DNA of 64,000 nt from Nannocystales bacterium (GTDB lineage: Bacteria; Myxococcota_A; Polyangia; Nannocystales; Nannocystaceae): the NCBI GenBank assembly GCA_050633305.1, contig JBOEGF010000038.1, forward strand, positions 64,001 through 128,000, read 5' to 3'. The stretch's first letter is position 1. Every line of letters starts with the position of its first letter. Below the pieces are notes generated by a model. That model ran no database searches, was not told the DNA's origin, and saw nothing but the letters and a program-made list of their open reading frames with translations. This document shows, piece by piece, positions 27,552 to 35,738 of the stretch. The translations under genes were made by a program, and so were the position numbers.

Positions 27552-29744
27552 ATGGCTGTTGCTCGAACGCTGCTCCTCCTCGCGGTTCCCGCACTCGCGA
27601 CCTTCTTGGGTGGGTGCAACCAATCCGAGTTCGAAGACGTTCGTGGCGACGCCGTGGTCGACGATGACGATGCGCCGGACGAGCCGGACGGGCCCGGTTC
27701 CGCCGGCCGTGTCGACACGGATGTCGCGTGCTCGACGGAAGACGACTGCGGACCGGGAGAGACGTGCCTGGATCAGGTGTGCCAGATGCAACGTTGCGCC
27801 GAGGGAGCCTATTCGTCGGCAGCCCCACTCGCGGCCAATGTTCGTTTCGCGCAGGACAGGGAGTTCGTCGTTGCAGATGCCGAGCCCAGTGACGGCCGCT
27901 TCTTCGTGGACGGCTACACGCCGCTTTCGGGGTCCGTCGAGTATCCGGGCTCGTGGGACATCGGAAGCACCGCCGTGGTGGATGTCGCAGGCGGTGATTT
28001 CTTCGGCGCGAATCCGGAACTGTTCGCCATCTCGACCGCAGGAAGCACTCGCGTTCGAGTCGCAGGGATCGAAGAGGTCATCGAAGTCGACGTTGGTTTT
28101 CAGCCGCTCGCACTCGCAGCCGGGGACACGGATGGGGACGAGCGCGACGAGGTCTTTGTCCTCGGTCAGTTCGGGAACTACGCCTTGTGCGACATGGTCG
28201 ACGGCGAGTGCACCACCGGCTTCTTTCAAGGGGGAAGCGGCGTGGACGCGAGCATCGGCGATGTCGATGGAGATGGCCAACTGGAGGGTGTCCTGCTTCT
28301 CGAAGCCGAAGGAAGCACGATGCTGCACGTCCTGGAGTTCACGGGGGAGCAAGACGGCAGCGAGGGTCCGGCTGCCCATCCGCTGAGCGCGATCGAGGTG
28401 GGCGATCCCGACGGCGACGGCGTCGATGAAGTCTTCGGCATCGAGCCGAGCGACATCTTCGCGGACGCCCAGCTTCACCGCTACACGGCGATGGGCGGAA
28501 GCATCGGACTCGTGGCCTCCGACGCCATCCACGACGACTCGGTCGACCTTGCCTTCGGAGACCTGGACGCAGACGACTCCGACGAGCTCCTCATCCTCCG
28601 CAACACGCGGGAGGTGGAGCTCTTCCGTGAGTCGGAAGACAACGCGGGCCTCTCGGCGGAGTCTACCCACCTCCTGGACGACTCCAACGCCCCGCGTCGC
28701 ATTGCGGCGGTCGACTTCGATGGGGACTCGCCCCGTACCCGGCTGATGAGCGCAGAGCCCGTGCTCGTCGCGGGCCGGGTGCTGCCGGTCTCCGTGGGTT
28801 TGTTCCCACCCTACAACTCGGAGTTCAGCGATGGGCAATCCTCGGTCACGTTCGGTCAGGCCGAATCAACATCGGAGAGTTTCTCAGACTCGGTATCGCT
28901 TCAACTGGGCGTGGACTTCGGCGTGAGCATCGGACTGTTTGACATCGCCAAGCTTGGGTTGGGGACGAAGATCAAGTCCAAGGTCTCGCAGACCGAGACC
29001 CAGTCGAGCCGGAAGAGCGCGGGCGTCCGCTACACAGCTGCCCCCGAGACCTACTTTGAGGGCGAGCCGTATGGCGTCGTCACGCTCTCGTGCGGATGTT
29101 TCCACGCATATACGTATCAAGTCGAAGACCCCTCGGAGATCTTGGGCGAAGGCGGAGACAAGGAAGAGTTCGTCCTCCTGGTCCCGGTTGGCGGCGCCCA
29201 GATGCTGTGGTCGACCCCGCGCTACAACGCGATGGCGGAGGCCGTCGGGGACCTTCCTGTGATCGATGTCCCCTACGAAGTCGGCAACCCCAACTCCTAC
29301 CCACGAGCGCCAGAGCGCCTCGACGGATCGCCGATCCCAGCCGACGACTTCGTGTTCACCGAGCCGCCGAGTCTTCTCGTGAGCGATGCGGGGTCCTCAG
29401 GATTTCGGATGATGGTCGGCCAGGACACGAGCAACAGCGTGTCCAGGTCGACAAGCATCGGCCTCAGCGTCGACGTATCTGGCGACATCCCATTCTTGGG
29501 CGGCGTGAAGTTCGGGACGTCGCTCGGCGTCGGCTGGGGGGAGGGGTACAGCGTTCGCGTCGGGGACAGTGCGTTCTTCGGGGGCAAGCTCCCTCCGCTT
29601 CCCGACAACCCCGACACACCCGAGGACGAGTACCTCGACCATGCATACACGACGCTACCGTTCGTGTACCGAGAGCACTACACCGACGCGACCGGACAAG
29701 ATGCGGCGTACTACGTCATCAGCTACGCCGTTTCCGATGACTGA
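27552..29744 (+). CDS. FG-GAP/VCBS repeat lipoprotein with beta-hairpin-rich C-terminal domain
   Basis: Lipobox LGGC; Cys module; several GD.DGDG motifs; alternating Ser/Thr-hydrophobic strands. Confidence 0.8.
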   Translation: MAVARTLLLLAVPALATFLGGCNQSEFEDVRGDAVVDDDDAPDEPDGPGSAGRVDTDVACSTEDDCGPGETCLDQVCQMQRCAEGAYSSAAPLAANVRFAQDREFVVADAEPSDGRFFVDGYTPLSGSVEYPGSWDIGSTAVVDVAGGDFFGANPELFAISTAGSTRVRVAGIEEVIEVDVGFQPLALAAGDTDGDERDEVFVLGQFGNYALCDMVDGECTTGFFQGGSGVDASIGDVDGDGQLEGVLLLEAEGSTMLHVLEFTGEQDGSEGPAAHPLSAIEVGDPDGDGVDEVFGIEPSDIFADAQLHRYTAMGGSIGLVASDAIHDDSVDLAFGDLDADDSDELLILRNTREVELFRESEDNAGLSAESTHLLDDSNAPRRIAAVDFDGDSPRTRLMSAEPVLVAGRVLPVSVGLFPPYNSEFSDGQSSVTFGQAESTSESFSDSVSLQLGVDFGVSIGLFDIAKLGLGTKIKSKVSQTETQSSRKSAGVRYTAAPETYFEGEPYGVVTLSCGCFHAYTYQVEDPSEILGEGGDKEEFVLLVPVGGAQMLWSTPRYNAMAEAVGDLPVIDVPYEVGNPNSYPRAPERLDGSPIPADDFVFTEPPSLLVSDAGSSGFRMMVGQDTSNSVSRSTSIGLSVDVSGDIPFLGGVKFGTSLGVGWGEGYSVRVGDSAFFGGKLPPLPDNPDTPEDEYLDHAYTTLPFVYREHYTDATGQDAAYYVISYAVSDD

Positions 29745-29805
29745 GTGCCCACGACCCCATGGCGCTCGCTCCCCCCCCGGGCGCGGGCTCGGCTAGGATA
29801 TCTCG

Positions 29806-30290
29806 ATGTCCTCCTCCGACCCCGTGACGCCAGCACAGACGGTCGGCGCCGCGGACGAGCGAGCAACGCGAGGACACGGCGCCGCCGCGGTCGAGCAAGC
29901 GGCCAACCTCGCGGCACAAAAAGCCATGGTCCGGGCGCGAATGTTCGGTACGGCGACTGCGAAGATCGGGCGGTACGCGATCCTCGATGTCTTGGGCGCG
30001 GGCGGAATGGGCACCGTGTACGCGTGCTTCGACGACCAACTCGATCGCCGAGTGGCGTTGAAGTTGGTCAAGGGCGCGGCGACACAGGAAGCCCGCGGCC
30101 GGATGCTTCGCGAAGCGCAGGCCCTCGCCAAGCTCAGCCATCCCAATGTGGTCCCCGTGTTCGAGGTGGGAGAACACCTCGGCCGCGTCTACATCGCGAT
30201 GGAGTACGTGCGGGGGTCGACGCTGCAGCGGTGGCAAGCGGATGAAGCACGCGACTGGGCGGACGTTTTCGACGCCTATCTGCAGGCCGG
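29806..30290 (+). pseudogene. Truncated Ser/Thr kinase (N-terminal part only)
   Basis: GAGGMG, VALK, REAQALAKLSHPNVV present; similarity ends at YLQAG, before HRD/DFG; the ORF then runs antisense into the WYL gene. Confidence 0.85.
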
Positions 30291-30309
30291 TTTTTTTGGA
30301 CTCGGGACG

Positions 30310-31044
30310 TCATGCCGGCTGAAAGTACGGCGCGAACATGTTCTTGAACGACTGCTGAGGGCGAAGGCGAAAGGGGTCGCCAACGACCCGAGTGTTCTTG
30401 ATCCGGTCGATGCGGAACACTCTGGACGCCATCCGGAGGTGATCCCACGCGATGATGTACCAAACTGGCCAGTTCAGAAGGATGTAGTGGGCTTCGACGA
30501 CTCGCTGTGTGACCTCGCCGCCCTCGGCCTGGTACTCGATCTCCAGCGAGTGCTGGCGCAGGAAAGACTCCGCAATCTCTTCGGAGATGCGCGTCGCCGG
30601 GGTTGCGTAGAGTGAGACCACGTTTGCCGACGCGTTGTCTCCGATGAGGATGCGCTTTCGGATGTTGCTGACCTTGCGACGCTGACTCTCTGGGAACGCC
30701 TGAAACAGCTTCTGGCGAATGGCTTTGAGGTTGCTCGTGAGGATCGGGGACTTCTGGCTTTCCATGATCGCCAGCGCAAGGGTCAGCTCGACCACCTCTT
30801 GATGGTTGAGATGCAACCGCTCGATTCCCCAACTTCCGCTGAGCCGGATCCCTCCACCGCGTCCTCGCTCGGACTCGATGGGGTACCCGTCCTCCCTGAG
30901 TTCGGCAAGCTCGCGCATGAGGGTCCGCTGACTGACACCGAGCTGCTCCCGGAGGTCTGCGGTCTTCCAATGGTCTTCAGACCGGAGGAGCCCCAGGAGG
31001 CGGTTGCGCCGCTCAATACGCTCTGAGAAGCTGACCTTCGGCAT
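30310..31044 (-). CDS. HTH-WYL domain transcriptional regulator (YafY-like)
   Basis: LGVSQRTLMRELAELREDGYPIESERGRGGG; WYIIAWDHLR...FRIDRI. Confidence 0.92.
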   Translation of the reverse strand: MPKVSFSERIERRNRLLGLLRSEDHWKTADLREQLGVSQRTLMRELAELREDGYPIESERGRGGGIRLSGSWGIERLHLNHQEVVELTLALAIMESQKSPILTSNLKAIRQKLFQAFPESQRRKVSNIRKRILIGDNASANVVSLYATPATRISEEIAESFLRQHSLEIEYQAEGGEVTQRVVEAHYILLNWPVWYIIAWDHLRMASRVFRIDRIKNTRVVGDPFRLRPQQSFKNMFAPYFQPA

Positions 31045-31052
31045 TCTTAAAA

Positions 31053-31071
31053 TGTGCCAAATGGTGGCATA
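31053..31071. promoter_or_regulatory. Palindromic candidate operator TGTGCCA-N5-TGGCATA
   Basis: Near-perfect inverted repeat in the 50-bp divergent intergenic gap. Confidence 0.55.
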
Positions 31072-31094
31072 GTTGTCGATATGCTCTGAAGCGA

Positions 31095-32039
31095 ATGTTC
31101 AACCCGACCGACTTCCCCAAGCCCACTCTCGTCGCAGTCAACGGTGTGGAACTCGAGGTTTTTGAGGCAGGCCGCGAGAACGCAGGAAATCCGATTGTCC
31201 TGTGTCACGGCTGGCCCGAGCACGCCTTCACCTGGCGCTACCAGGTTCCCGCGCTCGCAGCAGCGGGCTACCACGTGATTGTCCCAAACCAACGGGGCTA
31301 CGGGAAATCCTCCTGTCCGACGGAGGTGACCGCCTACGACATCGAGCACTTGTGCGGGGACCTGGTCGCGCTTCTCGAACACTATGGCTACGAGGATGCG
31401 GTCTTCATGGGGCACGACTGGGGCGCGAACGTGGTCTGGCGCCTGGCCATGTTGCACCCCGCGCGGGTGCGCAAGATCGTGAACCTGGCCCTGCCCTACC
31501 AGCCGCGTACGGAAAAACCTTGGATCGAGTTCATGGAGGAGGTCTTCGGCGGAGACAACTACTTCGTCCATTTCAATCGACAGCCAGGGGTTGCGGATAC
31601 CGTGCTCGATGCCAATACGGCCCAGTTTCTCCGCAACCTGTTCCGCAAGAAGGTGCCTCTCGCACCGCCTCCTCCGGGCATGATGATGATCAACCTGGCA
31701 CAGGCCGATGCGCCGCTGGGTGAACCATTGATGAGCGAGGACGAGTTGGATGTGTTCGTCTCTGCGTTCGAAACAACCGGGTTCACGGGCAGCATCAACT
31801 GGTACAGGAATCTCGACCGGAACTGGCAGCTGCTGGCGGATGTGAACCCCGTCGTTCAACAGGCTGCACTCATGATCTACGGGGAGCGGGACATGATCCC
31901 GAAGTCCGAGAACCTCGCGGACTTCGTGCCCAACGTGGAGGTGGCCAGCCTCGACTGCGGCCACTGCATTCAGCAGGAAAAGCCAGAGGAGACCAACGCG
32001 TTGGTTCTCAACTGGCTGAAACAGCAGGGAGCTTCCTAA
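31095..32039 (+). CDS. Alpha/beta hydrolase, epoxide hydrolase family
   Basis: HGWP, QRGYG, GHDWG, INWYRN, GHCIQQE. Confidence 0.92.
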   Translation: MFNPTDFPKPTLVAVNGVELEVFEAGRENAGNPIVLCHGWPEHAFTWRYQVPALAAAGYHVIVPNQRGYGKSSCPTEVTAYDIEHLCGDLVALLEHYGYEDAVFMGHDWGANVVWRLAMLHPARVRKIVNLALPYQPRTEKPWIEFMEEVFGGDNYFVHFNRQPGVADTVLDANTAQFLRNLFRKKVPLAPPPPGMMMINLAQADAPLGEPLMSEDELDVFVSAFETTGFTGSINWYRNLDRNWQLLADVNPVVQQAALMIYGERDMIPKSENLADFVPNVEVASLDCGHCIQQEKPEETNALVLNWLKQQGAS

Positions 32040-32148
32040 GCATCTTGGTGTCCGGCCACACTCGGTCGGCAACTCGTTCAACTCCGCGCCTACCCGCGCA
32101 GGCGTCGTAAGGGGTCGCAACGTCGACAACCCCCTAGACTCCGTCTCG

Positions 32149-33903
32149 ATGAGGGGGATGGAGCGAGCATGGGCCTTCGGTGTCTTGATGTTGGGGTTGG
32201 GGGGGGCCGGCTGCGGTGGCACGAACGAGCCGACGTCGGCCGAGGGCTCCGCGACTGGCGAGGCGACGACGGGGAGCGACAGGGGATCGTCGGGCGCCGC
32301 CGTCACCTCGCGCGGCACGGGCTCCGACTCGGGACCAGAACCCTCATCGGGAACGACGGGCCTCGACGATGAGGCCTCGAGTGAGACGGGAGCCGAGGCC
32401 GACCCTGGAGAATGGCAGCTTCCCGAAAGCCATCGCGTGGGTCCGATCTTGGATATGTACCCGCTGTACCCGCGTCCAGACGCAGAGGTTCCGAGCAGCG
32501 CCTACCACCGAGTTGCGCATCCGCAACTCCAATACCGGGTCCCGATCGGTGTCCAAGGCGGGGAGTGGCCGTTCCAGTACGCGCTTCTCTCGGGGCCCGA
32601 GGGAGCGTCCTTCGTAGCCTCAGAGCTGACGCGTCGGCTCGATCCGCCGACGGGGATGTTGGTCCACGAGCGAACACCGGGCTACGGCGTGCTCGAGTGG
32701 ACGCCGACCGCCGGGACGCACACGTTCGAGGTCCGCGTTACCGATCAGTCCGGGGATTCCGCCGACTTCTCATGGGAGGTCGTCACGGATGAGAGTGCTT
32801 TCGTCTTCGTCGACGCGGCCGATGGCGACGACGATGCGACCGGTAGTTTTGAGGACCCGCTGCGCACCTTCGCAGGCGGCCTGTGGGGGAACGACGATGG
32901 CGACGAGAGTTTCGCAGGACGTGTCGCCGTGTTTCGGGAGGGGGAGTACGAGATCTTCGCCGCCGAGCCGAACACCAGCCCGGTGTTGGACTGGGAACGG
33001 AAGCCTTCCGCGTTCGTGGGATTCCCCGGGGAATCGACCGTCTTCGATGTCTCTGAGGGCCACTTTCGTAGCGGCGGACGGGGCAGCCACGACGACCTGT
33101 TTGTGAGCGGCATCGATTTCGTTGGGTCGAGATCCGATCTTGGGAACAATCGTATCTTCAACATCACGGCCCGCTCCAGCCGAATGACCTTCTGGGAACT
33201 CTCGTTCGACCAGTCGAGCGTCGGCACGATTGGCACCGACAACCCGGGATGCATCGCGCTGATGAGCGATGGGCTGTGGCACGAGAATCTCTTCGTGAGC
33301 GACTCGACCCTCGGCTCCGAGGGGGGGATGCAACTCGTCGTCACGTTCGACACCAACTTTGCGCTGTTCGAACGCAACACAGCGGATCGCGTCGACCTGG
33401 CGGGGAGCAACGGCTCGATGTTCCTGCGCGCCAAGGACGACACCAGCAACGTGACCATCCGCGACAATCGGTTTGTCGGCTCGGTCATCGACCGCGCGAT
33501 CTCGGTGTCGAACCAGAACACCGTCGACTCCCCGCCTGAGAACCAGGAGGTGTGCTGGAACACCGTCGTGTTGGATGGGGGCGATGCGGGCATCTCGGTC
33601 AACCAGAGCTCATCCTCCCCGGATGGCGTCAACACGCACGTCTACCGGAACTCGGTCGTCAGTGAGCGTCGGGCAATCCGGTTCAACGGCGCTGTGGATC
33701 CGGTTCCCACCCTCCTGCAAGGCAATGCCTACTTTGGGGAGGAGGATGGGGTGTTTGGCTCCAATTTCGTTCCTGGTGATGTCCGCGATGTCGAACTCGG
33801 CAGAGACGACTTCTCGAATGACGCCGCGCTGGTGGGCGAAGCCCGGGCGACACACGGTGGAGTCCGTGGTGCTGAGGTGATGGCTCCGGCCGACGGCGGC
33901 TGA
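32149..33903 (+). CDS. Lipoprotein with Ig-like and parallel beta-helix domains
   Basis: Lipobox GAGC; LEWTP...FEVRVTD; FVDAADGDD.ATGS.EDPLRT; Asn-ladder repeats. Confidence 0.7.
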   Translation: MRGMERAWAFGVLMLGLGGAGCGGTNEPTSAEGSATGEATTGSDRGSSGAAVTSRGTGSDSGPEPSSGTTGLDDEASSETGAEADPGEWQLPESHRVGPILDMYPLYPRPDAEVPSSAYHRVAHPQLQYRVPIGVQGGEWPFQYALLSGPEGASFVASELTRRLDPPTGMLVHERTPGYGVLEWTPTAGTHTFEVRVTDQSGDSADFSWEVVTDESAFVFVDAADGDDDATGSFEDPLRTFAGGLWGNDDGDESFAGRVAVFREGEYEIFAAEPNTSPVLDWERKPSAFVGFPGESTVFDVSEGHFRSGGRGSHDDLFVSGIDFVGSRSDLGNNRIFNITARSSRMTFWELSFDQSSVGTIGTDNPGCIALMSDGLWHENLFVSDSTLGSEGGMQLVVTFDTNFALFERNTADRVDLAGSNGSMFLRAKDDTSNVTIRDNRFVGSVIDRAISVSNQNTVDSPPENQEVCWNTVVLDGGDAGISVNQSSSSPDGVNTHVYRNSVVSERRAIRFNGAVDPVPTLLQGNAYFGEEDGVFGSNFVPGDVRDVELGRDDFSNDAALVGEARATHGGVRGAEVMAPADGG

Positions 33904-34082
33904 CGGAGCTCTCGCGGACGGCGGTCATCGAGTTCGGGAGGGAGCGGGCTGCCAGCATTCTGCGCCGCCGCGCCCGCACCCCTCGTGGTCGCCTTTTTTC
34001 TCAACTCGGTGCGCGCTTCGGTGATGGGCCTCGTCGAGTCGGTGGGTGGGCGAGCCGACCGTCCCTCCGGAAAGAAGACAAC

Positions 34083-34838
34083 ATGAAACTCTCCCGAAAA
34101 CTTGCGATTTACTCCCTGCTTTCCGCCATTTCTGCACCGATGGTCGGCTGCGATGAAGAACCCCTAAAAGGGCCCGAGGTGCAGCGGCTCGACGAAGGGT
34201 TTGTCGTGCTCGGCTCAGGGGCCGACGTCTTGCAGCACCGCGATGCCTCGGTGTTCGTGGAGCTCGGCGATGCCGAGACACAGCCTTGGGAGCCCGGAAA
34301 CGGCTATTTCCAGCCCAACAGAGACGACCCTGAAGACGCGGTGTACTTCGACACGTGCGACGCTGCGGGAACGCCAAGTCCCGTCGAGTCCGTCGATCGC
34401 ATCCTGGTGGACGCGGACAACGAGTCGCTGGCCTGGACAGTCTTGGTGTCGTTCGTACCCGAAGGTGAAGAACATATCAACGCATCAACAGGGCTTCCCC
34501 TCGAGGTGGGCGATGAGTTTGTGACGCGAGAGTGCGAGTTCTCGAGTTCCTACGCTCGGTGTGTCGAGGAACGTATCTCGTTCGACTTCACGCAGCTTCC
34601 GTTTCCGGGCGCGCCCGAAGACGCGCGGCTTGTCGACCGACTCGATGCGCATATGTACTGGGACTATGGCCAGGACCGATTCCGTGTCCTCCGTCATTCG
34701 ACAGTGGGCTGCGAGGGGGCGGACTGCGACTCGCATCCGTTCGTCCTGACATTCCTGGCCCAGATCGGCGCGGAAGAGTCCTGTGAGTCGATGTCGATGA
34801 GCGTGTACGATCGAGTTCCGACGCCGGTCGTCGACTAG
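34083..34838 (+). CDS. Hypothetical lipoprotein
   Basis: MKLSRKLAIYSLLSAISAPMVGC. Confidence 0.75.
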   Translation: MKLSRKLAIYSLLSAISAPMVGCDEEPLKGPEVQRLDEGFVVLGSGADVLQHRDASVFVELGDAETQPWEPGNGYFQPNRDDPEDAVYFDTCDAAGTPSPVESVDRILVDADNESLAWTVLVSFVPEGEEHINASTGLPLEVGDEFVTRECEFSSSYARCVEERISFDFTQLPFPGAPEDARLVDRLDAHMYWDYGQDRFRVLRHSTVGCEGADCDSHPFVLTFLAQIGAEESCESMSMSVYDRVPTPVVD

Positions 34839-34931
34839 GTCTCCATGACCAACGCCCTGCACCCGCTTCGTGGGGCGGTTGTCCAGAATCTGCGCGGTCC
34901 CGAGTCCCCGCGTAGATTCTGAGTGAAACAA

Positions 34932-35738
34932 TCAGAGGTCTTCGGGCGTCGTGTCGTTGGCGGCAAGTGTCGAGAAACTCATCTCCAGCCGCCCGACGAC
35001 CGCGTTGATGAGCGACAGCGCGGAGTCTAGTCGAAGGTCGAGCTCCAGTTCGAGCCGCCGACGCGTACCTCGAAGGACCGTGTCGCGAGCGCGAATCAGC
35101 CATCGATCGACTGTCGCTCGGTGAACACCATACAGCTGCGCCAAGTCTTCACTGGTGAGCCGGTCGATGAAACGATGTCGGAGCACGTTCTGAAAGCGAA
35201 CCGGAAGCCCGATGAGCGTTGCTCGAAGTGCTTCCTGAACTCGCTCGCGAGACTCGGCAACTGCAAGCGCATGTTCGAGGTCGCCCGACGTCGCGACGAG
35301 CTGTTCAGTGATGTCGCTGAGGGGTTCGTACGCTCGGCGGCGTCTCCGAGCGTCGACGGCTTCTCGAGTGGCGCATATCCTCAACCACGCACTGAGGGGG
35401 CCCGAGCCGTGGTACCGATCAAGACGCGCTGCGGTGCCGTCGGGGTCCGCGACAAGGAGTTTGGACCAAAGGCCTTGCGACGCGTCCGAAACCTCTGGGG
35501 CGGTCAGTCCTGCGCGGTTCATGGCTGTGTCGATTAGCCGCTGATGTTGTGTCCGGACGTGCCGGCAGGCAGGGGGATCGCCTTCGAGCGCGGCGTAGGC
35601 GAGGCAGAGGTCCACCCAATGTACCGCGTCCGGACGAGCGCGTGCGTAGGCGTGAAACCCCGCCTCGTCGACGTGTATCCCCGGGCAGTCTTCACGAACT
35701 GCGGCGAGGGCGGAGGAAACCGATTCTTCGACGGTCAT
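34932..35738 (-). CDS. Myxobacterial-type ECF sigma factor coupled to a kinase
   Basis: DLCLAYAALEGD, YHGSGPLSAWLR, LAQLYGVHRATVDRW; 4-nt overlap with the kinase gene. Confidence 0.85.
   Translation of the reverse strand: MTVEESVSSALAAVREDCPGIHVDEAGFHAYARARPDAVHWVDLCLAYAALEGDPPACRHVRTQHQRLIDTAMNRAGLTAPEVSDASQGLWSKLLVADPDGTAARLDRYHGSGPLSAWLRICATREAVDARRRRRAYEPLSDITEQLVATSGDLEHALAVAESRERVQEALRATLIGLPVRFQNVLRHRFIDRLTSEDLAQLYGVHRATVDRWLIRARDTVLRGTRRRLELELDLRLDSALSLINAVVGRLEMSFSTLAANDTTPEDL

Noticed and set aside
30291..30615. C-terminal part of the 269-aa kinase ORF
   Set aside because: Read-through antisense to the WYL gene, not kinase sequence.
30310..31044. WYL gene as a marker of an anti-phage defence island
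   Set aside because: YafY-type regulator paired with a hydrolase; no defence genes nearby.
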